64,000 bases of DNA, taken from positions 2,720,001 through 2,784,000 of the forward strand of contig CP084166.1 of assembly GCA_021513695.1 (NCBI GenBank), in the 5' to 3' direction. Under the pieces are notes generated by a model. It saw only the letters and a list, made by a program, of their open reading frames with translations. It did not search any database and had not been told where the DNA came from. This document shows, in pieces, positions 9,242 through 19,471 of this stretch. The stretch's first letter is position 1; every line of letters starts with the position of its first letter. The position numbers and the translations under genes are program-made. This DNA is from Candidatus Heimdallarchaeum aukensis. GTDB taxonomy: Archaea; Asgardarchaeota; Heimdallarchaeia; Heimdallarchaeales; Heimdallarchaeaceae.

Positions 9242-10744
9242 TTATTCTGTGTTAACTATTTTTCTTAGTTCGTCCTCTATTCCTTCAATTGGAAGTAATG
9301 TTTGTTCTCCTGTTTCAAGGTTTCGTAGAGTTACTTTATTTTGCTCTAGTTCTCTTTTTCCAACTATTATCATGTGTTTAATTTTTCTAGCAGCTGCATC
9401 TTCTAATTGGTTGGATAATTTCCATCCAAAAGGGTTGAACAAGACTCTAAACTCTTTTCTTAGTCTTGCAGTTATATCTGCCGCTTCCTTTATAACTTTC
9501 TTATTTACAGGAGCAACATAAAAATCTACTTTTTGACAATAAGTAGGTAACCTTCCCAAATCTTCTAAGATTGCCATTAATACGGTTTCTCCCATCCCTA
9601 TTCCAGTTGCAGGTATCTTTTCTCCACCGAAACTTGAGACCAATTGATCATATCTTCCACCACCAGCTATGGCTCTTACAACAGAACCAGTACGATCAAA
9701 AAATTCATAGACAATACCCGTATAATAATCTAAACCTCTAGCAATTGAAGCATTATATTCACAATTATTGATAACTCCAAAATATTCTAAATAAATAGCT
9801 AGTTCTCTTAATTTTTCTAATGCTAAACTAGCTTTCTCTCCCAAATCCAATTTTGAAATTTCTTCGAGGAAGAAAGAAGGCGTCCCTTTAGTTTTTGAAA
9901 AAAAGTATACCTTCTCTGCAATTTCTTCATCCAACCCTATTTTTATGAGCGTTTCAATGATTTTCTGTTTCTCTATTTCTGGGGAAAGTTCGTAATAATA
10001 ATTTATGTACTCCTTATCTTTATTGGATAAGTTTGGGAACTCTTTCTCTTTTTTTTGCTTTTTTAGTCTAACAAAAGTTGCAATTTCTTTTGCTTTAGAA
10101 GCAGTAAATTTTTTTTCTAAAAGTTCTTCTACAATAAAATCTTGGATGTACTTCTCTTTTGAATCTAAAACTTTGATTACATCAAGGTAATTTTCAATTC
10201 CTAAGTATTCAATATAACTTTGAACTAACTCTCTACTATTTATTACACAGATAAATTCTCCATCTTTTAATCCACTAGTTTTAATAATGTTACATGTTAA
10301 AGCAATAATTTCTGCATCAGCTGCAGGGTGATCGACACCTATAATATCTGCATTAAATTGAAAAAATTCTCTTACTCTCCCTTTCTGAGGAGTTTCATTT
10401 CTAAAAATTCTAGGTATTGAAAACCAGCGGATTGGTTTAGGATAACGTTGTTGTTCATTTACAATCATTCTAGCTAAAGTGGGTGTTTGCTCTGGACGAA
10501 GAACAAGTTTTCGATCATCTTTACCTTTAACAATAAAAGTCTCTTCTAATATTTCCTCACCTGATTTAATCTCAATTAATTTTGCATATTCTAAAGAAGG
10601 GCCTTCGTATTCCTCATAACCAAAACTTTCAGAGACTTTTTTCATAATATCTAGAATGTAGTTTACCTTCGCAAAATCTGCAGGATAATAATCTCGAAAA
10701 CCTTTAATTCCTTTTAGTATCTCCTTAAGTACTCCGTCATCCAT
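9242..10744 (-). CDS. hisS: histidyl-tRNA synthetase (class II aaRS)
   Basis: N-terminal KGFRDYYP, class II motifs, GGGRYD and the C-terminal anticodon-binding domain. About 80 extra K/E-rich residues sit in the insertion domain. Confidence 0.9.
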   Translation of the reverse strand: MDDGVLKEILKGIKGFRDYYPADFAKVNYILDIMKKVSESFGYEEYEGPSLEYAKLIEIKSGEEILEETFIVKGKDDRKLVLRPEQTPTLARMIVNEQQRYPKPIRWFSIPRIFRNETPQKGRVREFFQFNADIIGVDHPAADAEIIALTCNIIKTSGLKDGEFICVINSRELVQSYIEYLGIENYLDVIKVLDSKEKYIQDFIVEELLEKKFTASKAKEIATFVRLKKQKKEKEFPNLSNKDKEYINYYYELSPEIEKQKIIETLIKIGLDEEIAEKVYFFSKTKGTPSFFLEEISKLDLGEKASLALEKLRELAIYLEYFGVINNCEYNASIARGLDYYTGIVYEFFDRTGSVVRAIAGGGRYDQLVSSFGGEKIPATGIGMGETVLMAILEDLGRLPTYCQKVDFYVAPVNKKVIKEAADITARLRKEFRVLFNPFGWKLSNQLEDAAARKIKHMIIVGKRELEQNKVTLRNLETGEQTLLPIEGIEDELRKIVNTE

Positions 10745-10863
10745 TTAATTTCAAAGACAATTTCCAGAGGAGTTTAAATAATTTAGCTTCTTTAAGATAT
10801 TTCTAGATATATGCCAGTAGAAAAATTAAGGAAAAAAAAAGAATAAATGTTAAAATGATCTAT

Positions 10864-11844
10864 CTATTCATCTTGAAAATCTCTTATTAGGGTAACTTCA
10901 AAGAGTGGTGCAGCTTTTACAGACCAGAAAACTTGTTTATCTATTATATTGCTTAGAAGGTAACGCGTTATTTCAGTTTCAGTTAAACCTGTTTTTGTTT
11001 TCTTGATACCTTGTAAATCCTTCACAAATTCTATCAACAATTTCGTTAATAGATTTGTAGATCTTATTTGTTCCATTCTGGTGGTAACTAACCAACACGA
11101 AACAGAATCATCAGCAGCCATGATAAACTGACGGTCTCTATATTTCAAAATTTCAATTATAGGAAAATGACTAGAAGAAAATTTACACTGAATGACTGGA
11201 GATAAAATATCAGAGTTCAAATTAGATTGAGGAGTAGTTAATCTCATCTCGTAAACTCCCTTATCAGTTTTGATGTAAGAAATAAACATCTCAACAGTTA
11301 TTTTGTCAACTATTAATTGTTGGATAATGCTTGAAGCTAACCAATTAATTGTTCTATCAAAATTTTTTCCTGAACTAAAGGATGTGCTTAAATACTCGAT
11401 GTTTTTTTTTCTTACTCCATCTGAAAATTTCTTAACTATGGATTTTACTTCAGAGTTAGAGAATTCTTCATCTCTCATGTTAAATAATACTAAAACAGGA
11501 TTTTCTTCTTTTAACCAATTTAAAGAGCGAGTAAACCACTTTTTAGATTCATGTAGCTGATCTTTTTTAGTAATATCTGTAACATAAATAAGTGCATCAG
11601 AGCGAGAAATAAAACTCTTCCATAAGGTCTTTCTAAAAGAAGGAAGACCACCTAAATCAGTAATATCTAATATTATACCATCGGCATTATATAACTCGTG
11701 GTTAACTCCCATTGTAGAAGTGATAATGGTGTTGTTGTAACCTAATAGACGGTTAATGAAATAAGTTTTGCCAGAATTTTCTAATCCAGCAACAGTAACA
11801 GAAATATCACGTTTCAAATAATAATAATTCGGTGACACATCCAA
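10864..11844 (-). CDS. small GTPase with C-terminal roadblock/longin-like domain (Rag/Gtr- or MglA-like)
   Basis: P-loop GLENSGKT, switch II DLGG and an NMRD (NKxD-like) motif lie in the first ~175 aa. The following ~150 aa form an alpha/beta domain. The start codon is TTG. Confidence 0.55.
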   Translation of the reverse strand: MDVSPNYYYLKRDISVTVAGLENSGKTYFINRLLGYNNTIITSTMGVNHELYNADGIILDITDLGGLPSFRKTLWKSFISRSDALIYVTDITKKDQLHESKKWFTRSLNWLKEENPVLVLFNMRDEEFSNSEVKSIVKKFSDGVRKKNIEYLSTSFSSGKNFDRTINWLASSIIQQLIVDKITVEMFISYIKTDKGVYEMRLTTPQSNLNSDILSPVIQCKFSSSHFPIIEILKYRDRQFIMAADDSVSCWLVTTRMEQIRSTNLLTKLLIEFVKDLQGIKKTKTGLTETEITRYLLSNIIDKQVFWSVKAAPLFEVTLIRDFQDE

Positions 11845-12274
11845 TCCCCAGCAATAGGTAACCCCGAAACGATCTTCATCGTAAGTAGATGTAAATTGAA
11901 TATTAAGAAGAAATACTTCTTAGTATATTCAGATTTTTAACATCCAATGAAGATTGTTTATTAAACTAGTATTAACAATATAAATATATAATTATATCGT
12001 TTTTAGTTTAAATGAACTTCTTTTAAAGTTAAAATCGTTGAAAAAAAAATTAGAGGATTGAATTAGATGAAATTACAAGAAAAAAATCAAAAAAGAGGAA
12101 GAAAGAAAAACAAAAAAAAAGCTTTTAGTTAAATTGGGAGACTGCTACTTAAAAAGAATTATCTGAACCTATAAATAGAAAGTAATGCTTATAAATGCGT
12201 CTGGTTTTCGTTGTTATAGTTAGTATAAGGAAATTTATTGTTCAAAGTGAACAAAAAGAAAAAGGTGAAATTAT

Positions 12275-13282
12275 TTGAGTTTAAAAGGATATATACTCAG
12301 ACGAACAATCTACATAGTTCCTATTATGCTTGCAATTACACTAATGAACTTTACACTGATTAACATCAGTCCAGGAGATCCTGTTTTAGTAAGATTAGGA
12401 CTGATTAAATGTGAAACACCTGAATGTTACAACGCAGCGTACAACAAAGAAGCAATAGAAATGGGACTACTAGATAATAGTTTATACACTGTTCCATGGT
12501 TCGAAAGATATATAGATTTTGTAAATGATCTATTGCATTTCGACCTAGGAAAAAGCTGGTCATATACCCAAGCAGGAGAAGGGATACCGATATCGAAAAT
12601 AATTGGAGACCACGCAGTTTATACGGTGGTGCTAAACTTACTATCATTTGTTTTATCACTATTATTATCAACAGCAATAGGGGTAGTATCAGCAACAAGA
12701 CAAAACAGTTTCTGGGATAGAACACTAACAGTAGCAATGCTATTAGGATATTCTATGCCTTTGTTCTGGTTAGCAAAATTGTTAATGCTAGTGTCCTATT
12801 ATTTATTTAACTTTACAGGAGTAGCAAACAAATCGGCGTTTAACAAACCGTTAATACTGAACCCGATGTTCTATAAGTTCTTAATATTACCAACATTGTC
12901 ACTAACACTGGGTGGACTAGTGTTCATGGCAAGGTTAATTAGATCACAACTGCTGGAGATATTAAGACAAGATTACATAACAACTGCAAAATCAAAAGGA
13001 TTAGATAGAAGAGCAGTAATATACAAACACGCGTTCAGAAATGGTTTATTGCCTATAGTAACAATTATAGGAAATTCACTACCAGGATTACTATCCGGGT
13101 CAGTAATGGTTGAGTCAGTCTTCGGATGGCCAGGATTAGGAACAATATTCCTAGAAGCTGCATTTATGAGAGATTATCCAATGATGATGGCAACAAACAC
13201 AATATTTCCATTCCTGTTCCTAATAGCAAGATTGCTGACAGATATAACCTATGTCTTTATAGACCCGAGAATAAAATACTAA
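12275..13282 (+). CDS. dppB: ABC peptide transporter permease, DppB/OppB type
   Basis: Characteristic N-terminus YILRRTIYIVPIMLAITLMNF...SPGDPV and the BPD-transport core. TTG start 7 nt after GGTGA. Confidence 0.85.
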   Translation: MSLKGYILRRTIYIVPIMLAITLMNFTLINISPGDPVLVRLGLIKCETPECYNAAYNKEAIEMGLLDNSLYTVPWFERYIDFVNDLLHFDLGKSWSYTQAGEGIPISKIIGDHAVYTVVLNLLSFVLSLLLSTAIGVVSATRQNSFWDRTLTVAMLLGYSMPLFWLAKLLMLVSYYLFNFTGVANKSAFNKPLILNPMFYKFLILPTLSLTLGGLVFMARLIRSQLLEILRQDYITTAKSKGLDRRAVIYKHAFRNGLLPIVTIIGNSLPGLLSGSVMVESVFGWPGLGTIFLEAAFMRDYPMMMATNTIFPFLFLIARLLTDITYVFIDPRIKY

Positions 13283-13301
13283 AAGAGGAGAGTAAAGAAA
13301 A

Positions 13302-14363
13302 ATGGCAACAGTTGATAAAAAAGCAGTAGAAGAGGAAGGACCAATTCTAGATGAAACAACTTTAAAAGAAATTGAAAGCATGAAAGGAGCAGGACAATGG
13401 TCTATTGTATGGAGAAGATTGAAAAAGGATACAATGGGAATGGTAGGATTATACATTGTAACATTCCTAATATTGATGGCAATAGTGTCCTGGTTCTTAC
13501 TAATGTACGATAAATGGCTATTTAATAATGTAGCACTAACAAGAGATCCAGATAATCCATACTCACTAGCTAATCTATATGTAGACTTCTGGCTACCTGG
13601 AATGAAGGAACCAATAATACTGTTCCAACATCCAGAATGGCAATTCGCAGATCAAGTAAAATTGCCACCAAGCATTGAACACCCATTTGGAACAGATAAA
13701 AACGGAAGAGATATGTTCTCAAGAGTGTTCTTTGGAGCTACAATATCAATGGCTCTAGGTTTCATTGGACAAATGACAACCGTAATCATCGGAACAATTT
13801 TAGGATCACTTTCTGGATATTATGGTGGATTATTTGACGACATCCTACAAAGAATAGTAGAATTACTATACTCAATGCCTGGATTTATCTTGCTAGTGTT
13901 CGTAATCGTGCTATTCGAAAATACAAATATACCAGGAGGAAGATACGCAGTAGTAGTAATATTCTTCTCACTAATAAGCTGGGGAGGAACAGCACTTATA
14001 GTAAGATCGAACTTCTTCTCGCTAAAACAACAAGACTTTGTAGAAGCAGAAAAAGCACTAGGGGCAGCAGACATGAGAATAATATTCAGACATATACTAC
14101 CAAACTCACTAGCACCACTGATAATTATAATAACGCTAGGTATAGCAGGAACAATATTCACATTCGCAGCACTAGCATTCTACGGATTCGGAGACCCAAA
14201 CGTCGTTTCCTGGGGTGACGACCTTAACCGCTGGCAAAATGATCTCATGACTTATCCGTGGATGCCCATGTTTCCCGCTCTAATGATATTTTTCACAGTG
14301 TTGGGTTTCAACTTACTTGGTGACGCCCTTCGTGATGCTCTTGATCCTCGTTTGAAAGATTAA
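13302..14363 (+). CDS. dppC: ABC peptide transporter permease, DppC/OppC type
   Basis: EHPFGTDKNGRDMFSRVFFGATISM motif and six predicted TM segments. It follows dppB by 19 nt. Confidence 0.85.
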   Translation: MATVDKKAVEEEGPILDETTLKEIESMKGAGQWSIVWRRLKKDTMGMVGLYIVTFLILMAIVSWFLLMYDKWLFNNVALTRDPDNPYSLANLYVDFWLPGMKEPIILFQHPEWQFADQVKLPPSIEHPFGTDKNGRDMFSRVFFGATISMALGFIGQMTTVIIGTILGSLSGYYGGLFDDILQRIVELLYSMPGFILLVFVIVLFENTNIPGGRYAVVVIFFSLISWGGTALIVRSNFFSLKQQDFVEAEKALGAADMRIIFRHILPNSLAPLIIIITLGIAGTIFTFAALAFYGFGDPNVVSWGDDLNRWQNDLMTYPWMPMFPALMIFFTVLGFNLLGDALRDALDPRLKD

Positions 14364-14710
14364 ATTAATTCTTTTTTTCCTTTTTCAATTATTTTTTCAA
14401 CTATTTCTAAAAATAATAATACTTTGAGTTTAGATAGACTCTTGTAACTTTTAAGGAAGTAGAAGCGCTAATTTATCTCTTTCAATAAAATTATTCCAGA
14501 AAACAATTGACATTTATTTCCTATCCTGTTGTTCATCAAGCAGAATTTGAGCAACCTATGCTTATATAGCATGTGGAAAAGCTTATACAGAAGGCAGAAA
14601 AGCGACATAATTATTATAAATATCTGTAAGAAAATATAGTCGCTCAACTAGTGGAAAATGTAACAAGGGAGATAAAAAAATCATGCCTAAATTACTTAGG
14701 AAAAAAAATT

Positions 14711-15340
14711 ATGTATAAATTGCTGGGAAAATTATTAATACTAATATTACTGCTTCCAATACTTATTTTTCATGGTGTGTTATCAATTAGAGGTGCTCAA
14801 CCTGTTCTCGCTTCTAGAATTTCTGAGATTACTGAAATCACAATTTCTGAATCTACTGATAACCCTTTATTTGAAAATTATACTGCTTTTAAAATCGAAG
14901 CTGAAGTAGAGATCTTAAATAGAGCTGATGAAAATCAAACAGTTATTTCTCCTGATCTTAAACTTATGATTAATGCAAGCTTGGTTAATCAATCATTGAA
15001 GTTGGTAGTGGAAGCAATGGGTTCTTGTATGGTTACTTACGACACCTATTCTCCTGGTATCACTATTGAAAATCACTCTCTTAAATTCTATATTAATCAA
15101 ACGGATTTAAGTTATCTCCCTGATGGTAATTATACTCTCTGGAGACCTATTAATGGGGGAGAAGAATTACCTACGATTATTATAATTAAATCTGGTATAA
15201 TGAATATTACTTACAGTAGTTTTGGCAATCAAGAGACTGAAGCGGTGAGCTTTTTCCTTCTGTTTCCTTTAATGTTATTCCTTCCACTCTTTTCATATGT
15301 GATTGTCTTTTCTAAATGTAAAAAGTCAGAGATTGCTTAA
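14711..15340 (+). CDS. small secreted/surface-anchored protein (N-terminal signal/TM, C-terminal TM anchor plus basic tail)
   Basis: MYKLLGKLLILILLLPILIF hydrophobic N-terminus and a C-terminal FLLFPLMLFLPLFSYVIVFSKCKK anchor. Several N-x-S/T sequons. The track start at 14651 adds 20 non-hydrophobic residues. Confidence 0.5.
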   Translation: MYKLLGKLLILILLLPILIFHGVLSIRGAQPVLASRISEITEITISESTDNPLFENYTAFKIEAEVEILNRADENQTVISPDLKLMINASLVNQSLKLVVEAMGSCMVTYDTYSPGITIENHSLKFYINQTDLSYLPDGNYTLWRPINGGEELPTIIIIKSGIMNITYSSFGNQETEAVSFFLLFPLMLFLPLFSYVIVFSKCKKSEIA

Positions 15341-15385
15341 AAGTTTCTTAGAAAAAAAACCTTACCATTTTTTGTTAAATTTTTG
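15289..15385. repeat. ~95-bp direct repeat, copy 1 (3' end of the 14711..15340 gene plus downstream spacer)
   Basis: atgtgattgtcttttctaaatgtaaaaagtcagagattgcttaaaagtttcttagaaaaaaaaccttaccattttttgttaaatttttgcc matches 19472..19565 at about 90% identity. Confidence 0.8.
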
Positions 15386-15539
15386 CCTTTGTAATCATCT
15401 TATGTGCTCTTTAGGAATTATTTAAGAGATTATATGCGACAAAGGAGTTTTGTACTGACGTGGATGAAGAAGTACATAAATTTTTTAATGTTTTTGGGAA
15501 TATGATTTAAATCTTTATAATTGGAGGAAAATTGTTCTC

Positions 15540-16484
15540 ATGTTATCAGCTAGCAATATATCAAAAACATATCCGAATGGTATTAAAGCATTGCAAGACG
15601 TAAATCTTGAGGTTTCCGAAGGAGAGATAATGGGATTTATTGGCCTAAATGGTGCAGGAAAGACTACTTTTATTAAAATTGCGAATGGTGTGCTGCAAAA
15701 TGATACAGGTAACATTACGATATGTGGTATGAACCCCATATCTGAATTAAAAAAAATAACTCGTAAAATTGCTTGGATTCCTCAAGATGGTCTAAGAAAA
15801 TTCAACACATTTCTTTCTGGTCGTGATAATATAATCTATTTTTCAAGACTGAAGGGTATGAATTCCTTGCAGATTAATCAAAAGTTAGATGAACTCTTGG
15901 AGCATCTATGTCCAGCAAAGGATTTTATTGATAAGAAAATTTCAATTATGAGTGGAGGACAAAAGCAATTGTGCAATCTGTTAACGGGTTTTGTGTTAGA
16001 TAGCGAGTTTCTATTTTGTGATGAAATTTCAGTAAATATTGATCCTATAACCTTAGATAAGATCTACTCTTATTTGCGAGAATATGCATCAGAAGGTAAG
16101 TCTGTATTATTAACCTCACAAAATCTCCATGAAATTGAAGAGTTGTCAAACACTATCGCACTATTACACAAAGGAAAGATTATGCAGGTAGGAAAACCAA
16201 AGGACATATCCAATAAACTTCTAAAATATGAAATAATCGACATAGGGTTTGAAGAAAGAATGAAGGAACTGAATTCAATAAAAGATTTTAGCTTAAAACT
16301 GGAATCAATAGCTGATAAAATAATTATTGATAATGAAAAAAATTTGATACGTATTTATTGTGAAGATTCACTGAGCCTTTTACCTCAAGTAGTTGAGTTT
16401 CTAAAAGAGTATAACTTTGCTGCATCTATAGAAAGTGGTAAAGCTGATTTAACTAATGCAATTATAACTTTAGCGGGGAGATAA
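15540..16484 (+). CDS. ABC-2 type transporter ATP-binding protein
   Basis: Walker A GLNGAGKTT, signature MSGGQKQ and Walker B LFCDE. GGAGGA sits 10 nt upstream of the ATG. Confidence 0.85.
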   Translation: MLSASNISKTYPNGIKALQDVNLEVSEGEIMGFIGLNGAGKTTFIKIANGVLQNDTGNITICGMNPISELKKITRKIAWIPQDGLRKFNTFLSGRDNIIYFSRLKGMNSLQINQKLDELLEHLCPAKDFIDKKISIMSGGQKQLCNLLTGFVLDSEFLFCDEISVNIDPITLDKIYSYLREYASEGKSVLLTSQNLHEIEELSNTIALLHKGKIMQVGKPKDISNKLLKYEIIDIGFEERMKELNSIKDFSLKLESIADKIIIDNEKNLIRIYCEDSLSLLPQVVEFLKEYNFAASIESGKADLTNAIITLAGR

Positions 16485-16486
16485 CT

Positions 16487-17326
16487 ATGAAAACGTTTAT
16501 TGCGAACTTTATAACACAAATAAAATATTTTACTGGCCTCAGAGTCATATGGATTTCAAGGATCGTTTATGTTTTTGTATCCTTACTCACCTCATTTACA
16601 ATGGGTATGGTGTATAAATTTAATGAAGCAACACAAAATTTGATAGGTGTCCAAAATGTTGCTATATTTGTTCTTACTGGCTTTTTCTTGCAATTTTTAA
16701 TGAATGCAAGTTCAGGTTATACACCAGCAGCAGTTAGGGAGATGATACAAAATGGAAACCTTGAGTATTCAGTACATTGTGGAGCTAATATTGTTCAACA
16801 AATATTGGGTATATACATCGCTTCATATCTCTTCGATTTCGTTATTTGTTTGCCTTTCATTGTTACTTTGTCTCTCTTAACCATTAATACAATTTCAGTT
16901 TACGCTTTATTGTCTTTTATAGGTTTTCTCTTTATTTCAGGTTTGTGTCTTTTTTCTATAGGCTTTCTGTTTTCTTCTCTTTACGTTCTGAGCAAGGGAT
17001 TTCTTGGTTTTCATAGTGTGATTGCAAACATAGTCTACTTTATCTGTGGGGTCTATTTTCCAATACAAGGCTATTTAACTCTATTCGGTTCTGTGGGTGG
17101 CTGGATTGCCATAGCTATTGTGTCTATTTTTCCGTATACATATGTATTTGACCTATCACGTTATATGATTTTTCTCGGGCAAAATTATCAAACGTTTTTA
17201 CCTTTTGGTATTGAATTGATAATATTCATTTGTTCTTCAATTTTAATAATGCTTATTGCAATGCAACTATTCAAGTTAGGATTTAAAAGAATGAGAAAAA
17301 AAGGTTTCATAAGTTTTATCTACTAA
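16487..17326 (+). CDS. ABC-2 type transporter permease
   Basis: Polytopic membrane protein of six TM segments, translationally coupled to the upstream ATPase by a TAACTATG junction. Confidence 0.7.
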   Translation: MKTFIANFITQIKYFTGLRVIWISRIVYVFVSLLTSFTMGMVYKFNEATQNLIGVQNVAIFVLTGFFLQFLMNASSGYTPAAVREMIQNGNLEYSVHCGANIVQQILGIYIASYLFDFVICLPFIVTLSLLTINTISVYALLSFIGFLFISGLCLFSIGFLFSSLYVLSKGFLGFHSVIANIVYFICGVYFPIQGYLTLFGSVGGWIAIAIVSIFPYTYVFDLSRYMIFLGQNYQTFLPFGIELIIFICSSILIMLIAMQLFKLGFKRMRKKGFISFIY

Positions 17327-17451
17327 TTCTAAATTTTCATTTTTCCCTTATTTTTTCTTATTCTTCCTTTTTCTTGATTTTTAGATTGTTTTTACTGCAA
17401 CTTATTAAGTAACAATTAAAAATAATAAAACTAATTATCTCTTGATTAAAC

Positions 17452-19464
17452 GTGCGTGATAATTTTTTCTTTCTTAGAAGGTTAAATCTTTTGGGTAAAC
17501 TTGAGAAGTTCGATAAATATTTTTCTTCTATTGATTGGACTTCTATTTTGGATGAAATCAATGAACGCTTGTTTTTTTTTGGTGGAGGTTATAGTCGCAT
17601 TCTTGATTTATTTTCTGCTACTCTCATTGAACGTGGTATTTGGTTTGATTCTCGTTATTATATGAGCAATAAAGTTCTTAAAATTGTCTTTAAGGTTTTA
17701 TCTCAGTTTGCAGATAACAACCTTATTTTTTCTTTAGTTTCTGCTTTGGATGACTACGATTCTGATGTTCGTGCTGCTGTTGCTGAGCTGTTAGGTCTAA
17801 TTGGCCATTCTCTTGCTGTTGACCCCTTAATCAAATTACTCAAAGATGAGAATTGCTTTGTTCGCAGTAGTGTTGTCATAGCTTTGGGTAAGCTTGGTGA
17901 TCCTCGCTCCATTGCTGCATTTAATGATATTGCCTTATATGATGATTCCCAGGGTGTGCGTGCCGATGTTATACGATCCTTGAGAGAGATAGGTGATCCT
18001 CTTGGTGTTTCCCTTCTAATCGAAGCCCTAAAAGATGAGGATAGTATTGTTGTAAGAGCTGCTTTAGAAGTCTTGCTAGAATTGGTTGATTCTGGTTCTG
18101 TTGAGTTATTAATAGAAGCTCTAAAAGATAGGCATTGGTTTGTTCGCAGTAGTGTTGCAGAAGCGTTAGGCAAAATAGGAGACCCTAGAGCCATTGACTC
18201 CCTAGTAGCTGCCTTGAAAGATAAGGATTATTTTGTTCGCAGTAGTGTTGCAAAAGCTTTAAGTAAAATGGACGATTCTAGAGCCATTGACTCCCTAGTA
18301 GCTGCCTTAAAAGATAAAGATTTGCGAATGCGTCGTATTGCTGCAGAAGTGTTGGGAGAAATAGGTGACTCTAGGGCAGTTGAACCCTTAATAGATGTAG
18401 CTCTAAAAGATGAGGGTTTTTTTGTGCGTGAAAAAGCTATAATACTGTTAGGTGAACTAGGTGATTCTAGAGCAGTCAAGCCCTTAATAGAATTACTAAA
18501 AGATGAAGATTGGGAAGTGCGTCGTAATGTTGCAACAGCGTTGGGTAAAATAGGTGACCCTAGAGCCATTGAACCATTAATCAATGCAACTCTATATGAT
18601 GGTAATTGTGAAGTGTGTTATTTTTCTAAAGAGTCACTGATAAAAATAGGTGATATGAGTGCCGTTGAACCTCTAATAGAAGGACTGAAAGATAAGCATC
18701 CTTCTGTTCGTTGTGTTGCTGCTGAAGTGTTAGGTGAACTAGGTGATTCTAGAGCTGTCAAGCCCTTAATAGAATTACTAAAAGATGAAAATAGGAAAGT
18801 GCGTTGTGATGCTGCAGAAGCGTTAGGTAAAATAGGTGACCCTAGAGCCATTGAACCATTAATCAATGCAACATTATACGATGATGTTTTTCATGTGCGT
18901 AATAATGCTGCCTCGGCACTGAGAGAAATAGGCGTTTCTAGTGCTGTTGAACCATTAGTTAAACTAGCCTTATATGATGAAGATTCAGAAGTGCGTAAAA
19001 ATGCTGCTTATGCTTTAGGTGAAATATGTAATCCTAATGTCGTTGACCCATTAATCGATGCAGACCTATATGATGATGAGGAAGTGTGTGAAAATGCTTC
19101 CTCTGAGTTAGGTTTAAGATGTGATCCTAGTTCAGCTGAATTATTAGTAAATTTAACACTCTATGAGGAGGATTCAGTAGTGCGTGCAAGAGCTTTAAAT
19201 TTATTGGTTCAAATACGTGATTCAATTGCAATAGAAAAATTAATCAATATAGTGCTGTATGATGAAGATTCAGAAGTGCGTAAAAATGCCGCAAAAGCCT
19301 TAGGTGAGATAGGTGATACAAATTCATTTGAAACATTAATAATGAATGCCCTAGATGATGACGAGGGGAAAGTGACTAAAAATGTTGAAGAAGCTGTAAG
19401 AATAATGGGCGATCCTGAATTAATTGAATCACTAGAAGATGCCCTATTAAATAAGAGTTGGTAA
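17452..19464 (+). CDS. HEAT-repeat (PBS-lyase HEAT-like) protein, about 18 tandem repeats
   Basis: About 31-aa units such as VRxxAAEALGKIGDPRAIEPLIxALKDxD reiterate from residue ~95 to the C-terminus. The start is uncertain: GTG at 17452, with the first in-frame ATG far downstream. Confidence 0.8.
   Translation: MRDNFFFLRRLNLLGKLEKFDKYFSSIDWTSILDEINERLFFFGGGYSRILDLFSATLIERGIWFDSRYYMSNKVLKIVFKVLSQFADNNLIFSLVSALDDYDSDVRAAVAELLGLIGHSLAVDPLIKLLKDENCFVRSSVVIALGKLGDPRSIAAFNDIALYDDSQGVRADVIRSLREIGDPLGVSLLIEALKDEDSIVVRAALEVLLELVDSGSVELLIEALKDRHWFVRSSVAEALGKIGDPRAIDSLVAALKDKDYFVRSSVAKALSKMDDSRAIDSLVAALKDKDLRMRRIAAEVLGEIGDSRAVEPLIDVALKDEGFFVREKAIILLGELGDSRAVKPLIELLKDEDWEVRRNVATALGKIGDPRAIEPLINATLYDGNCEVCYFSKESLIKIGDMSAVEPLIEGLKDKHPSVRCVAAEVLGELGDSRAVKPLIELLKDENRKVRCDAAEALGKIGDPRAIEPLINATLYDDVFHVRNNAASALREIGVSSAVEPLVKLALYDEDSEVRKNAAYALGEICNPNVVDPLIDADLYDDEEVCENASSELGLRCDPSSAELLVNLTLYEEDSVVRARALNLLVQIRDSIAIEKLINIVLYDEDSEVRKNAAKALGEIGDTNSFETLIMNALDDDEGKVTKNVEEAVRIMGDPELIESLEDALLNKSW
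17750..19330. repeat. DNA-level tandem ~93-bp repeats encoding the HEAT units
   Basis: Nearly identical nucleotide blocks recur, for example ggtgaccctagagccattgaaccattaatcaatgcaac at about 18560 and again at about 18836. They produce long spurious antisense ORFs. Confidence 0.7.
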
Positions 19465-19471
19465 ATGTGAT

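Noticed and set aside
9201-10190. Plus-strand ORFs (106 aa and 61 aa) overlapping hisS
   Set aside because: They are antisense to a confidently identified aminoacyl-tRNA synthetase gene and have low-complexity composition.
12405-14161. Minus-strand ORFs of 110, 78 and 113 aa and a plus-strand ORF of 67 aa, overlapping dppB and dppC
   Set aside because: They are embedded in, or antisense to, well-supported permease genes. The 67-aa ORF at 13126..13329 is merely the out-of-frame tail region between dppB and dppC.
14560-14576. Near-palindrome atgcttatatagcat in the dppC-downstream spacer
   Set aside because: It is an imperfect, AT-only dyad, easily produced by chance in about 80% A+T DNA, with no second copy or flanking structure.
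17754-18866. Three long minus-strand ORFs (146, 118 and 82 aa) inside the HEAT-repeat gene
   Set aside because: They are antisense to a strongly supported repeat protein. They are serine/proline-rich, low-complexity mirror images of the sense repeats, and their periodicity tracks the sense repeats. These are antisense artefacts.
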